Made by a program: the position numbers and the translations under genes
In this document: positions 45,662 through 56,444 of the stretch, piece after piece
Numbering within the stretch: the first letter of the stretch is position 1
Layout: each line of letters starts with the position of its first letter
Origin: Methanothrix sp.
Lineage (GTDB): Archaea > Halobacteriota > Methanosarcinia > Methanotrichales > Methanotrichaceae
DNA: 64,000 nucleotides
Assembly (NCBI GenBank): GCA_963682135.1
Contig: OY821645.1
Location: 352,001-416,000 of the forward strand
Reading direction: 5' to 3'
Notes under the pieces: model-generated
The model's input: the letters and a program-made list of their open reading frames with translations, nothing else
Database searches by the model: none
What the model was told of the DNA's origin: nothing

Positions 45662-47647
45662 TTGGCTGAGCAAAAAGCAACAACGTCTGTTCTTTATGAG
45701 GAGACGAGAGTATTCGAGCCATCCAAGGAGCTCGTTGAGAATTCTAATGTCATGCAGTGGATGAAGAAGAAGGGATTCAAGAGCGAGCGGGAGATGCGCG
45801 CCTGGACCGGCCAGAACTTCATCACCTTCTGGGATGAGATGGCCAAGACCTATGCCGATTGGCAAGAGCCCTATGCTCAGGTTCTCAACTGGGTACCGCC
45901 TTACGCTAAATGGTTCGTAGGCGGAAAGATCAATGTGGCCTACAATGCAGTGGATCGGCACGCTGCGGGCGCCAAAAAGGATAAGGTAGCCTACATATTT
46001 GTCCCTGAACCCGTCGATCAGCCTACCCAGAAGATTACCTATGCAGATCTGGCCAAGAGGGTCAACAAATTTGCAAACGGCCTAAAGAGTCTGGGAGTTG
46101 GCAAGGGAGATAGGGTCAGCATCTACATGCCCATGATCCCCGAGACCCCTATTGCCATGCTCGCTTGCGCCAAGATCGGTGCCATACACAGCGTGGTCTT
46201 CTCCGGATTCTCCTCCGGCGGCCTTAACAGCAGAGTCCTCGATGCGGAATCCAAAGTAGTAGTTACTACTGATGGTTTCTTCAGGCGCGGAAAGCCCCTG
46301 CCCCTTAAGCCGAATGTGGATGAAGCCACCGCCAATACCCCAAGCGTAACCAATATCGTTGTGGTAAAGAGGGCAGGTATCGATGTTCCCATGAAGGCAG
46401 GAAGGGATGTCTGGTACCATGAGCTGGTGGCCAAGCAGTCGGATGTTTGCGAGAGCGAAAAGATGGATGCTGAGGATCGGCTGTTTATCCTCTACACCTC
46501 CGGAACCACAGGCAAGCCCAAGGGTATCGAGCATGTTCACGGCGGCTACTGCGTGACTCCAGCCCAGACGCTTTCCTGGGTATTCGATATCAAAGACACC
46601 GATGTCTGGTGGTGCACAGCTGACGTCGGATGGATCACCGGCCACAGCTACGTGGTCTACGGGCCTCTCTGCCTGGGTGCAACCAGCATGATCTATGAGG
46701 GATCCCCTGACTATCCCGACTTCAGCAGGTGGTTCAAGATCATCAGTGAGAACAAGGTGTCAGTACTCTACACGGCACCTACAGCCGTGAGGATGTTCAT
46801 GAAGGCCGGAGATCAGTGGCCCAAGACGCACGACATTTCCTGCCTGCGGCTGCTGGGATCTGTGGGCGAGCCCATAAATCCAGAGGCCTGGATATGGTAC
46901 AGAAACAACTTCGGCGGCGGAAAGCTGCAGATCATGGATACCTGGTGGCAGACTGAAACCGGATGCTTCCTGGTGTCGCCCTTGCCCATCACTCCCTTGA
47001 AGCCCGGATCCCCAACATTCCCGTTGCCCGGCTTTAACGTGGATATTGTGGATGAGGATGCCAATCCCGTGCCGCCAGGCTCCGGAGGCAACATCGTCAG
47101 CAATACACCCTGGCCGTCCATGCTCAGGGCCTTCTACAAAGACACGGTTAGGTACCAGAAGGAGTACTGGTCCACCTACTGGGAGATCAGACCCGGCACA
47201 TACCTGGCTGGCGACAAGGCCACCAAGGATAAGGATGGATACTTCACCATCCAGGGCAGAATAGATGATGTGCTGAAGGTAGCCGGACACAGAATCTCCA
47301 ATGCTGAGGTCGAGAGCGCCCTGGTATCTCATCCCAAGGTCGCCGAGGCTGCTGTCATCGGCAAGCCCGACGAGGTCAAGGGTGAGGTAATCGTGGCCTT
47401 CGTTATCCTCAAGACCGGCATTGAAGCCACTGCGGGTCTCGACAAGGATCTATCCAAGCACGTGCGCTCTGTACTGGGCCCCGTGGCCTATCCTGAGTCC
47501 GTCTACTTCGTGAACGATGTACCCAAGACCCGGTCAGGCAAGATCATGCGCCGCGTCATCAAGGCCAAGGCTCTGGGTAATCCCACGGGTGACATCTCCG
47601 CTCTGGCCAACCCAGAATCTGTCGACGCAATTCCGCTCATCAAGTGA
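45662..47647 (+). CDS. acs: AMP-forming acetyl-CoA synthetase, copy 2
   Basis: Same motifs as copy 1. Start moved to TTG at 45662 because of the GGAGGT RBS and the N-terminus MAEQKAT matching copy 1. Confidence 0.97.
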   Translation: MAEQKATTSVLYEETRVFEPSKELVENSNVMQWMKKKGFKSEREMRAWTGQNFITFWDEMAKTYADWQEPYAQVLNWVPPYAKWFVGGKINVAYNAVDRHAAGAKKDKVAYIFVPEPVDQPTQKITYADLAKRVNKFANGLKSLGVGKGDRVSIYMPMIPETPIAMLACAKIGAIHSVVFSGFSSGGLNSRVLDAESKVVVTTDGFFRRGKPLPLKPNVDEATANTPSVTNIVVVKRAGIDVPMKAGRDVWYHELVAKQSDVCESEKMDAEDRLFILYTSGTTGKPKGIEHVHGGYCVTPAQTLSWVFDIKDTDVWWCTADVGWITGHSYVVYGPLCLGATSMIYEGSPDYPDFSRWFKIISENKVSVLYTAPTAVRMFMKAGDQWPKTHDISCLRLLGSVGEPINPEAWIWYRNNFGGGKLQIMDTWWQTETGCFLVSPLPITPLKPGSPTFPLPGFNVDIVDEDANPVPPGSGGNIVSNTPWPSMLRAFYKDTVRYQKEYWSTYWEIRPGTYLAGDKATKDKDGYFTIQGRIDDVLKVAGHRISNAEVESALVSHPKVAEAAVIGKPDEVKGEVIVAFVILKTGIEATAGLDKDLSKHVRSVLGPVAYPESVYFVNDVPKTRSGKIMRRVIKAKALGNPTGDISALANPESVDAIPLIK

Positions 47648-47670
47648 GCGGAAAATTCTTTTTTATTTTT
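47631..47670 (+). terminator. Stop-codon-spanning hairpin plus T-tract after acs copy 2
   Basis: ttccgctca-tcaag-tgagcggaa followed by ttttttattttt. Confidence 0.65.
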
Positions 47671-47831
47671 AATTCTATTATCTGGGAGATGGGCGTTCTA
47701 TATCAAAATCGATTTTCCGCCGGCTTTCATGATCAATGTTAATTATTATCTATATTGTAATTAATTACCTTCTAAATGCATTATCTTTAGCTAAAAATCA
47801 TTATGATTATAGATCATTATGATTTATATCG

Positions 47832-47849
47832 CGATAACTTTATAAATGA
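47832..47849 (+). promoter_or_regulatory. Putative BRE/TATA promoter of acs copy 3
   Basis: cgataactttataaatga, matching the copy 2 element. Confidence 0.65.
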
Positions 47850-47999
47850 TCAGGTAGGTTTTGAGCCGATGTTTCCCAAAATCATTCCGCGTTTGGTCGG
47901 ATGGTGGTCTGGGCAGGAGCAAAAGAGAGGCATAAGCAATGATTCTTCACATATAGGCCCGGACAATTTAGAATGGGGAACACTTGATCACAAGGAGGT

Positions 48000-49991
48000 A
48001 TGAAATTGGCTGATACAGCAAAAACGGCATCTTTGGCCGAAGAGACCAGGATTTTCAACACCCCGCAGTGGATAGTTGAGCACTCCAACGCATTTCAGTG
48101 GATGAAGAAGAAGGGATTCAAGACTGAGATGGAGATGCGCAAATGGTGCTCCGATAATTACATTGATTTCTGGGATGAGATGGCTCAGACCTATGCAGAT
48201 TGGTTCCAGCCCTATACCCAGGTTCTTGACGATTCCGCCAAGCCCTACTTCAAGTGGTTCACCGGCGGCAAGATCAACGTAGTCTACAATGCCGTAGACA
48301 GGCATGCCAAGTCCGCAAACCGGAACAAGGTAGCCTACTACTTCATAGGCGAGCCAGTGGGCGACAACAGGACCATCACCTACTACGAGCTGTACAGAGA
48401 GGTCAACAAGATGGCCAATGCCCTGAAGAGTGTTGGCGTCGAGAAGGGAGACAGAGTCGTTGCCTACCTGCCCATGATCCCTGAGCTGCCCATCACCATG
48501 CTCGCTTGCGCCAAGATCGGTGCCATTCACACCATCGTGTTCTCCGGATTTTCCTCCGGTGGCCTGGCCAGCAGGGTCAACGATGCCGAGGCCAAGGTTG
48601 TCGTCACTGCTGACGGCTTCTACAGGCGCGGAAAGCCCCTGCCCCTCAAGCCCAATGTAGATGAGGCCATGAAGAACGCCCCCTCCGTCAAGAAGGTAGT
48701 AGTCGTCAAGAGAACCGGCGTCTCCGTGCCCATGACCGAGGGACGTGATGTCTTCTACAACGATTTCGTAGGCAGCCAGTCTGCTCAGTGCGAGACCGTC
48801 CCGCTTGATCCAGAGGACAGGCTATTCATTCTCTACACCTCCGGAACCACCGGCAAGCCCAAGGGTATTGAGCATGCTCATGGCGGATATGCCGTCTGTC
48901 CCGCTCAGACAACCTCCTGGGTACTGGATGTTCACAACGATGATGTCTTCTGGTGCACCGCAGACTGCGGATGGATCACAGGCCACAGCTACGTAGTATA
49001 CGGCCCGCTCTGCCTGGGTGCCTCCAGCATCCTCTACGAGGGGTCTCCCGACTTCCCCGATCTGGGCCGCTGGTGGTCCATCATTGAGCAGTACGGCGTA
49101 TCTGTATTCTACACCGCACCAACCGCCATCAGAATGTTCATGAAGACCGGCGAAGCCTTTGTGAAGAAGTACGATCTGTCCACCATCAGAATCCTTGCCT
49201 CCGTGGGCGAGCCCCTGAACCCCGAAGCCTACATGTGGTTCAGAAAGAACATCGGCGCCGATCAGGCACCAATCATTGATACCTGGTGGCAGACTGAGAC
49301 CGGATGCCACGTCATCGCCCCTCTGGCCATGACACCCGAGAAGCCCGGATCAGTTACCTTCCCGTTGCCCGGCATGAACACCGATATCTACGATGAAGAT
49401 GCCAACTCCGTCCCATTGGGATACGGCGGCAACATCGTTCAGAAGGCCCCCTGGCCATCCATGCTCCGTGCCTTCTTCAGAGATGAAGTCAGGTACAAGA
49501 AAGAGTACTGGGACATGTACTGGCAGGTTAAGCCCGGCACATATCTGGCAGGAGACAAGGCCACCCGAGACAAGGATGGCTACTGGTGGATCCAGGGCAG
49601 AATCGATGATGTGCTGAAGGTAGCAGGACACAGAATCTCCAACGCAGAGGTCGAGTCCGCCGCCGTTTCTCACCCCAAGGTCGCCGAGGCAGCCGTTGTC
49701 GGCCAGCCCGATGAAGTCAAGGGCGAGAAGATTGTGGCCTTCGTCATTCTCAGGGATGGCGTTGCCGAGTCTCCAGAGCTCGCTAAGGAGATATCAACCC
49801 ACGTTAGGAAGGTACTGGGCCCAGTCGCTTACCCCGACAAGGTCTACTTCGTCAAGGATGTCCCCAAGACCCGGTCCGGCAAGATCATGCGCCGCGTCAT
49901 CAAGGCCAAGGCCCTTGGAAAGGAGACCGGAGACCTGTCCGCTCTCGCCAACCCAGAATCCGTAGAGAATATCCCACGCATTGATCTGTAA
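48000..49991 (+). CDS. acs: AMP-forming acetyl-CoA synthetase, copy 3
   Basis: Same motifs. True start may be TTG at 48006, judged by RBS spacing. Confidence 0.97.
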   Translation: MKLADTAKTASLAEETRIFNTPQWIVEHSNAFQWMKKKGFKTEMEMRKWCSDNYIDFWDEMAQTYADWFQPYTQVLDDSAKPYFKWFTGGKINVVYNAVDRHAKSANRNKVAYYFIGEPVGDNRTITYYELYREVNKMANALKSVGVEKGDRVVAYLPMIPELPITMLACAKIGAIHTIVFSGFSSGGLASRVNDAEAKVVVTADGFYRRGKPLPLKPNVDEAMKNAPSVKKVVVVKRTGVSVPMTEGRDVFYNDFVGSQSAQCETVPLDPEDRLFILYTSGTTGKPKGIEHAHGGYAVCPAQTTSWVLDVHNDDVFWCTADCGWITGHSYVVYGPLCLGASSILYEGSPDFPDLGRWWSIIEQYGVSVFYTAPTAIRMFMKTGEAFVKKYDLSTIRILASVGEPLNPEAYMWFRKNIGADQAPIIDTWWQTETGCHVIAPLAMTPEKPGSVTFPLPGMNTDIYDEDANSVPLGYGGNIVQKAPWPSMLRAFFRDEVRYKKEYWDMYWQVKPGTYLAGDKATRDKDGYWWIQGRIDDVLKVAGHRISNAEVESAAVSHPKVAEAAVVGQPDEVKGEKIVAFVILRDGVAESPELAKEISTHVRKVLGPVAYPDKVYFVKDVPKTRSGKIMRRVIKAKALGKETGDLSALANPESVENIPRIDL

Positions 49992-50015
49992 GTGGGATAT
50001 CACTCTCTCTTTTTT
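49969..50015 (+). terminator. Stop-codon-spanning hairpin plus T-tract after acs copy 3
   Basis: atatcccac (49969-49977) and gtgggatat (49992-50000), followed by ctctctctttttt. Confidence 0.6.
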
Positions 50016-50303
50016 AGGTACTATTATTATTCTCATTCGCGCAGGAATAACTTGCACATTATCTTTTATCTCATTTCTGTTTAATATATAATAATAATTT
50101 ATTAATTTGACTCTCTTTTTTTGCTAGGGTCAATATGGCGCAATTTAGAAGAACAGTAAAAAGATTTAGAATATATTTTCCGAAAAAGGATTATTGGCAA
50201 GAGACTATATCTGCCAGGGGCGTATGCCGTGTTTGCATCCATGCTGCAAAAAGTTTTAATGCTTCGAATTTATAGTCCTAATTAGAGACGAGGGAATGAT
50301 TAG

Positions 50304-50663
50304 ATGTCTGGTTGCGAGCACAAGATCTCCGGCAGCAGAGAGAAGATCTGGCTGCCCTACTACTTTGAAGGCAGAGAAAGGGGACTAAAGCCTCATCCCT
50401 ACTGTATCGAGTGCGGCTTGATTAAGAATCTGTCATCAGAGAAGCCACGCAGTATCGGCTATTTCATGAATATAATTGCGGAGCTGGGAATTCGCCACAA
50501 GATTGCCCAGATTCAGACAAGGCTTATTGCTCTCGAAATGGAAAGACTGACCCTGGATGATAAATTCGGAATGGATAGAATGCAGCAGGAAGATCTATTC
50601 GTAGAAATAACCACACGAATCCTGAATATTCCGGCAAGAGCAGTCTACGAGCTTCTAGATTAA
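50304..50663 (+). CDS. Conserved hypothetical protein with possible Zn ligands
   Basis: Clean 119-aa ORF with CEH and HPYCIECG motifs, GAGGGA upstream. Confidence 0.7.
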   Translation: MSGCEHKISGSREKIWLPYYFEGRERGLKPHPYCIECGLIKNLSSEKPRSIGYFMNIIAELGIRHKIAQIQTRLIALEMERLTLDDKFGMDRMQQEDLFVEITTRILNIPARAVYELLD

Positions 50664-50698
50664 CGAACCGCATATCTTTTTGCCAGGGGTAGCACTCA

Positions 50699-51607
50699 TC
50701 ACAATAACTGCACCAGCTCATCCCTCCTGAGCATATGCACCATAGTCATGTGATGGGGATGATATCGTGTCTTTGCCTCTCGGATGCCTTCTACGCCCAT
50801 GTCGCTCTCCCGGTTGATGTAAATATAATCTTTGGCCAGGATCCTGGCCGTCTCAGCATTGACCGCCCTATAAATTCCCTTGCAATCCGGCAGGCCCTTC
50901 TCGAAATGCACCAATGCTGTATCTTTGTTTAAACCTTCAAAGAGGGACATGGCACCGATCTTGCCGTTAGCGCGGATGGCCAGGCCAGAGATCTGCAGCT
51001 CTTTATAATGGGATAAGGCAAAGGACACTGCATTTTTTTCGCTGGCGAGCACCGGATCGGAGTCGCAGTCCTTCCAATCGCACCACAGGTTCAGGAAATC
51101 CTCGATCTCGCCGAGATTCTCTTCGCAAATCATCTCTACTAGGGGCATGCAGGTCTTCTGAAATTTGTTAAGCTGGTGGCGGATGGTTAGATATTTCTTG
51201 CCAGGCAATTCCGCCAGATCAGAGGCCAGATAGACATATTCAAAATACTTTCTCTGTGCATGGAATAAAAGATCCGGATACAGTCCGGCCATCCAGTCTT
51301 TTGTATCCGAGTCCAGGATTACAAACGGATGCTCTTCATCGCTCTTGGCGGCAAGCCTCAGGACGTCAGCAAGAAGCTCTGGATTTCTCGGGCCGATGGG
51401 AGGACGGTAGCGTGTCATTCCTGCGATGGTGCTGCAAAGGACTATGCAGCCATCCAGGTAAGCGTACCTGTAATGGGCATAGTCATTCCAGCAGACCATG
51501 TTGGTGAAGGTATTATCGCTGTGTTCCTGAGGATAGCTCAGGTAATGCCGGAGAAAGAAATCCCGGTCCGAGAGTGTGACCGGCCTGAAGTCCGCAGCGC
51601 TCAGCAT
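50699..51607 (-). CDS. DUF2156 / aminoacyl-phosphatidylglycerol-synthase C-terminal-like protein
   Basis: FTNMVCW, EYVY...DLAELPGKKY...R..LNKF, VHFEKG, YINRESDMG.EG.R.AK.RYHP. Confidence 0.85.
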   Translation of the reverse strand: MLSAADFRPVTLSDRDFFLRHYLSYPQEHSDNTFTNMVCWNDYAHYRYAYLDGCIVLCSTIAGMTRYRPPIGPRNPELLADVLRLAAKSDEEHPFVILDSDTKDWMAGLYPDLLFHAQRKYFEYVYLASDLAELPGKKYLTIRHQLNKFQKTCMPLVEMICEENLGEIEDFLNLWCDWKDCDSDPVLASEKNAVSFALSHYKELQISGLAIRANGKIGAMSLFEGLNKDTALVHFEKGLPDCKGIYRAVNAETARILAKDYIYINRESDMGVEGIREAKTRYHPHHMTMVHMLRRDELVQLL

Positions 51608-52065
51608 ACTCTTGCCCCCTCATCAAAGAGCATGGGCACGTGTCCGGGCATAGGCGCAAATCCCAGTGACCTGTAAAAATCTTCTTTGCCTGGTTTTGCA
51701 ATCAGGCCGATCCAGGTGATCTTACGAATCCTGCACTCCTCCAGAAGCCTGCCGAGAATCATCTTTCCCACCCCCCAGCTCCTCTTGTCGCCCTGCACCA
51801 CCAAGTCCTGAATATACCCATCTGCAATACCATCGGAAATCACACGGCCCATACCCACGGCCCTGCCGGTAGAAATATCAATCGCCACGGCGAATAGGAA
51901 GCTTCCCCGGATCAAGTCGTTGATCCGGCTGGCGTCCATCTCTTCCTTCCACCAGCCAGCTGCTCGATAGAGATCCACAATCTCTTCCTCATGCCAGGAT
52001 TGCACAAGATCAACCCTGACTGAATTATCCTTCCCTTCACTGCTATGCAACTCATTTTCCGTCAA
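51601..52065 (-). CDS. GNAT-family N-acetyltransferase
   Basis: VGMGRVISDG...YIQDLVV....RSWGVG...FYRSLGF. Confidence 0.92.
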   Translation of the reverse strand: MTENELHSSEGKDNSVRVDLVQSWHEEEIVDLYRAAGWWKEEMDASRINDLIRGSFLFAVAIDISTGRAVGMGRVISDGIADGYIQDLVVQGDKRSWGVGKMILGRLLEECRIRKITWIGLIAKPGKEDFYRSLGFAPMPGHVPMLFDEGARVC

Positions 52066-52135
52066 TTCAGGCTTCTCCTGTGCAGTCTTTGTCCGTTCTT
52101 CATTCTATCCACTTCAAGATTTTGGATGTTTAGAT

Positions 52136-52762
52136 CTATCTTTCGGAAACGGAAAATCCCATCTTCTCCAGGAGCCCCCTCGCCTCCCTCTCCCGCCCGT
52201 GCAAAAGCACCTCGGCCAGATCTTCCGGGCAATCGATGTCGCATCCTGCCCTGAATGACTCGAAGACGGAGACCTCAAGGCCTGCCTGCCGGGCGTAGTC
52301 CTGATGTTTGGGAAAGCTCAACCCCCGGTAGCAGGTGCGAAACTCGGGGGCCCTGATGAGAATCATGTTTGTACCGCCCCCCCGTCCAGGACAGAGCACC
52401 ACATCGCCCCGGCAGCTCAAAATGCCGGCTACATCGTTTTGAGTCAATAGTGCCAGATCGGCCATGACTATCAAAATATCCGCGCGCCATCCTCGCGATG
52501 CCTCGTCGGCGATTAATGCGTTCAGAGCATCGTTCAGGTCCAGCTCCGACTCACGGATCTCGACATCATAGCCGACCTGCGCGGAGTGAAGACCTGGCCG
52601 GGAGAGGATCGTCGCCCCGCCGAAGCCTAAAACGACATCCAATACATCCCTGAGCATGGCAAAAGCCAGGAGCCGCCGATCCTCCGGCGCAAGGGCCGGG
52701 GCCAGCCTGCTCTTGGCATTGTCGAGCTTGAAAGGCACCACGATTCGAATAGGTCTATGCAC
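52136..52762 (-). CDS. cofC: 2-phospho-L-lactate guanylyltransferase (F420 biosynthesis)
   Basis: IVVPFK...AKSRL, AML.DV, MADL, GGGTN, SF..H, DID.PEDL. Start trimmed to GTG at 52762 because the longer ORF overlaps cofE. Confidence 0.92.
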   Translation of the reverse strand: MHRPIRIVVPFKLDNAKSRLAPALAPEDRRLLAFAMLRDVLDVVLGFGGATILSRPGLHSAQVGYDVEIRESELDLNDALNALIADEASRGWRADILIVMADLALLTQNDVAGILSCRGDVVLCPGRGGGTNMILIRAPEFRTCYRGLSFPKHQDYARQAGLEVSVFESFRAGCDIDCPEDLAEVLLHGREREARGLLEKMGFSVSER

Positions 52763-52794
52763 GAACGTGGCTATCCGCGGCAGGCGATAAAATC

Positions 52795-53550
52795 CTATCT
52801 CTTGAGGCGAGGCCTGATCACATCTCTCTCCTCTGCCATGAATACCGAATCGCCGCCGCTGCGAGGATACTTCAATCCGCGAAAGACAACCGCCGGAGTC
52901 CCGTCTCCGGCTTCGCCCATGAGCAGATTGGCCATTGCTGCGATCTCGTCCACAATGGCCTCTACTGTGATCTCCAGGGCCTTGCCGTGCAGGTCGCAGA
53001 TCCCCCGCCAGTCCCGCAGAGCGGCAATACCCGCCCAACCTATGGCCACACCCGCTACGCCGGTGCGAAAAGGCCTGCCGCAGGTGTCGGTGATGATTAT
53101 CGCGCAGTCCTTGCCCAGGCCGGCGCATAGTCGCTTCGCGCTCCTGCTCGGATCTTCGGGCAGAAGCAGTATGCGCGCGTCTCCCACATTGGACTGATCG
53201 ATGCCGGCGTTAACGCCCACATGCCCAAAGCGAGTCTGTACCAGCAGAAAGGGCTGCTCCAGCATGACCTCCACCGATTCATCCAGGACCGCCTGCACAA
53301 ATCTGGGATCTTTGCCGATATTTCGAGCTATGGCTGTAGCCCTGTCGGTGGGATGATAGCTTTCCAGTTCCCGGAAACGTCCCTCCGATTTGGCCACAAT
53401 GGTGCTGGCCAGACAGAGCACATCGCCATCTTGAAAATCAAAAAGAGATTGCACCAGTAAAGCGATATTATCGCCTTGCTTGATGATAGGCAGGCCGCGA
53501 ATGACATAGCCTTGCAATGATGGCACAGATGGAGCCACGTTTGTTGACAT
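52795..53550 (-). CDS. cofE: Coenzyme F420-0:L-glutamate ligase
   Basis: STIVAKSEGR, NAGIDQSN, LLPEDP, ITDTCGRPFR.G, DEIAAMANL.MGE. Confidence 0.95.
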   Translation of the reverse strand: MSTNVAPSVPSLQGYVIRGLPIIKQGDNIALLVQSLFDFQDGDVLCLASTIVAKSEGRFRELESYHPTDRATAIARNIGKDPRFVQAVLDESVEVMLEQPFLLVQTRFGHVGVNAGIDQSNVGDARILLLPEDPSRSAKRLCAGLGKDCAIIITDTCGRPFRTGVAGVAIGWAGIAALRDWRGICDLHGKALEITVEAIVDEIAAMANLLMGEAGDGTPAVVFRGLKYPRSGGDSVFMAEERDVIRPRLKR

Positions 53551-53565
53551 CTATCTGTATCTATT

Positions 53566-53799
53566 CTACTTTAACCGTGCCTCAAAAGGCATCTTTCCGA
53601 GGCGATAGAGCCTGGCCTGAACCAGTAGATCGAGAAGATAGGAGTAATTCTCGGCGACGATTGCCGCCCTATCCTCGTTGATCTCTATCCAGGGAAGACC
53701 ACCATATCCTAAGGCATATTCCATCCAGAAGGCCGGCGGAGAGAACTCAAGCAGATACTTGTTCTCCTCATTAAATGTAAGGGTGATCTTCTCTTCCAT
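53566..53799 (-). CDS. Small conserved hypothetical protein
   Basis: 77-aa ORF directly abutting the upstream gene in the same operon. Confidence 0.7.
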   Translation of the reverse strand: MEEKITLTFNEENKYLLEFSPPAFWMEYALGYGGLPWIEINEDRAAIVAENYSYLLDLLVQARLYRLGKMPFEARLK

Positions 53800-54429
53800 C
53801 TAAGGCACCTTGCCTGTTCGCTCCACAACCTCGGCGAAGGCCAAAGTGCCGCTGATCTTCTTAATCTTGGCCTTAACGATCTCGCCCTTGACGGCGCTGG
53901 GCACGAAGATGAGGTACTTATCCACCTTGGCTATGCCATCGCCCTTATTGCCCACGGACTCGATGCGTAGCTCATAGGTCTCCCCCTCTTCGATGAGATC
54001 CTTTTGTACGATTGTGGTGGCCTTTCTCTTTCTAACCGGCCGATGAGCGCCACAGGCATCACACTTGAGTGTAAGAACACGATCGCTCTTGAGGAGGTGG
54101 GTATCGGGCAGCCTGCACTCTGTGCAGACTACATATTCCTCGAAATAGGACTCTATCTGGCGGGCGATGGCAGTCTCGCCGAACTTTCCCTGAAAGACGC
54201 CGCGCTGCCCTTCGATCTTGCCAGCTGTGCCCATCTCCTGGAGCAGATACTTCATGAGGTGCTCCGGTTCGCGATTTAGAGTGTCCGCGATGCTCCCGAA
54301 GTTCTCGAGGACGGTGGTCTTGCCTTCGTAAAAGACCTTGACGGAAGGTATGACGAACCGCTCCTTGGACTCCCGAGTGGCCGGCATCTTCTTTATGGCC
54401 CGATCCAGGCCCGCTAAATAATCATCCAT
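53800..54429 (-). CDS. eif2b: Translation initiation factor 2 subunit beta with C-terminal TRAM domain
   Basis: [24 protein letters not shown]...CDACGA, and TRAM GDGIAKV. Confidence 0.95.
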   Translation of the reverse strand: MDDYLAGLDRAIKKMPATRESKERFVIPSVKVFYEGKTTVLENFGSIADTLNREPEHLMKYLLQEMGTAGKIEGQRGVFQGKFGETAIARQIESYFEEYVVCTECRLPDTHLLKSDRVLTLKCDACGAHRPVRKRKATTIVQKDLIEEGETYELRIESVGNKGDGIAKVDKYLIFVPSAVKGEIVKAKIKKISGTLAFAEVVERTGKVP

Positions 54430-54442
54430 CCAGATACCTTAA

Positions 54443-54958
54443 TTATTTTATCAGTTCTTGACCCGAATCTACTATGATCTGAATCGGCGTTGGCAATTTA
54501 TGCCCTGCTCTCGTCAATGCTACCTTAGCATCGTTAAGGTATGCAGGAGGTATTCCCACTGTAAAGAGCTTCTGGCCTGCTTCGACCCTGGCCGCAGTTC
54601 CTACAGCCTTGCCAAAAGCCATCCTCATGCCGCTGGAGACACGGTCGGCGCCTGCGCCCGTTGCCTGCTTATTCTCTCGGATGACATGGTGAGGATAAGT
54701 CCTCAGCTTGAGGTGGAAATTGGTTCTGCCTACTACTTTCATGAGGTAACGGTTAGCCGAGACTCTGGCTGCTTCAAGAGCGGTATGCCTGATTTGACAA
54801 GGCTCCTTGACTACCAGAGTTAGCTGGATGGGAAAATCTTCAGTCAAATTTCCCATATCATAGTGTACTACTTTACTTCCAGGAACGCCGCCCATGTATC
54901 TTCTGCGCGTGTAGGGCCGTTCTCTCCTTCTATACATGCTTGCTGGCTTGCGTGTCAA
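54443..54958 (-). CDS. rpl10e: 50S ribosomal protein L10e (uL16)
   Basis: [22 protein letters not shown]...GMR.AFGK. Confidence 0.97.
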   Translation of the reverse strand: MTRKPASMYRRRERPYTRRRYMGGVPGSKVVHYDMGNLTEDFPIQLTLVVKEPCQIRHTALEAARVSANRYLMKVVGRTNFHLKLRTYPHHVIRENKQATGAGADRVSSGMRMAFGKAVGTAARVEAGQKLFTVGIPPAYLNDAKVALTRAGHKLPTPIQIIVDSGQELIK

Positions 54959-55034
54959 AACGAAATTCCTCCAATAATCCTGAGATTGGTGCTACTATGC
55001 ACCTTGCTTATAAGGTTTGGCCTAATTTCCCGCC

Positions 55035-56318
55035 TTACACCGTGATAGGGGTGGAGTGAGATATCTCCCCGGCAAGAGGCTTCTTCATGAGGATTCGGAT
55101 ATCTTCCGGACTCTTTGCATTTGCGACTGTCCACATGAGCTTGACCAGGGCCATCTCGGGCAGCATATCCTCGCCCTCAATCGCTCCTGCATCCAGCATG
55201 TAGCGCCCCGTATCGTATACCCGATCGCATATTCTGCCTCGCAGGCATTGCGAGGTAATCACCACGGGAATATCCTCCTCTGTGGCCCTCTTAATGCTGT
55301 CTATCCAGTCGGATGCCACATGACCAAGGCCTGTACCCTCCAGTACTATGCCGCGATAGCCTTTATCAATATAATAGTTCAAGATCTCCGGCGAAGATCC
55401 GGGTGTGTATTTGACCAGAGCGCAGTGGGACTCAAGCTTGTCCATAACCTCCAACTCCACCTCGCCGCGTCGCCGGTAAGGCTGGAAGGTCTGAATCTTT
55501 CTGGTGAGGTAGTCCACCTTTCCAATCGGCACCTGATTTATGCTCTGGAAGGCGTCCCGACGGGAGGTATGCATCTTTCGCACCCTTGTCCCTCGGTGAA
55601 TTGCGCAGTAGTCGTCGCTGGTTGTGCCGTGCATCACCACACAGACCTCAGCAATGTCGCTGATGGCGACAGTTGCCGCACAGACGGCATTCATGGAGGC
55701 ATCGCTGCTGGGCCGGTCGGAGCTCCTCTGCGAGCCGACTATAACTACGGGCACCGGTGTCTTCAGCATGAAGGAGAGCGCCGCCGCGGTATACATCATG
55801 GTATCCGTGCCGTGGGTTATGATCACGCCCTCTGCGCCGGAACGAATCTCCTCGGCAACAGATTGCGCGAGCTTCATCCAGTATTCGGCGCGCATGTTCT
55901 CGCTCAAGATCTGATAGATGACACGTGCACGGTAGTTCGCGATCTCTTCCAGCTCCGGGATGGCGGATATGATCTCGCCTGCGGAGAACTGGCTGGTGAC
56001 GGCTCCCGTGCGATAATCGACCTTGCTGGCAATTGTCCCTCCGGTGGATAGAATAGAAACCTCGGGGAGGCCCTCTCTAGACTGCAAAGGCCTGATGCTG
56101 CCTTTTGGCTTGCTTTCCTGGCTCTTTTGCAGGAGCTGTATCTCGCACTCAGCGGCACATAAACCTATATTATAGCCGTTGTCCAGCTTCATGACCAGGT
56201 ATCCTTCGCGCCGACAAGGCATGAGCACACCCTCATAGCGTGTATCTTTCCTCTTTACGGAGATTCTGTCTCCAAGTTCCATTTTTAACTCACCAGGGTC
56301 CGCATTAACCCTTCTCAT
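55035..56318 (-). CDS. gatD: Glu-tRNA(Gln) amidotransferase subunit D
   Basis: [51 protein letters not shown]. Confidence 0.97.
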   Translation of the reverse strand: MRRVNADPGELKMELGDRISVKRKDTRYEGVLMPCRREGYLVMKLDNGYNIGLCAAECEIQLLQKSQESKPKGSIRPLQSREGLPEVSILSTGGTIASKVDYRTGAVTSQFSAGEIISAIPELEEIANYRARVIYQILSENMRAEYWMKLAQSVAEEIRSGAEGVIITHGTDTMMYTAAALSFMLKTPVPVVIVGSQRSSDRPSSDASMNAVCAATVAISDIAEVCVVMHGTTSDDYCAIHRGTRVRKMHTSRRDAFQSINQVPIGKVDYLTRKIQTFQPYRRRGEVELEVMDKLESHCALVKYTPGSSPEILNYYIDKGYRGIVLEGTGLGHVASDWIDSIKRATEEDIPVVITSQCLRGRICDRVYDTGRYMLDAGAIEGEDMLPEMALVKLMWTVANAKSPEDIRILMKKPLAGEISHSTPITV

Positions 56319-56444
56319 TCTATGCTAGGCATCTAAAAACGTTGCCCTTGAATTGAATAGATCGCGTTAGAGAAGCGGCTCGGCCAAATCTTCATCGGTT
56401 AAGCCTTTATCACAATAAGAAGTAAACTGCAGAGGCGATTAGTA

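Noticed and set aside
43395-49673. Long minus-strand ORFs over the acs genes (e.g. 330 aa at 44172-45164)
   Set aside because: Antisense frames kept open by strong codon bias of highly expressed genes. No recognisable motifs.
52763-53128. 120-aa N-terminal extension on CofC suggesting a fusion
   Set aside because: It overlaps cofE in another frame and is Arg/Gly-rich noise. CofC homology starts near 52762.
55056-56051. 331-aa plus-strand ORF opposite gatD
   Set aside because: Antisense shadow of a well-supported gene.
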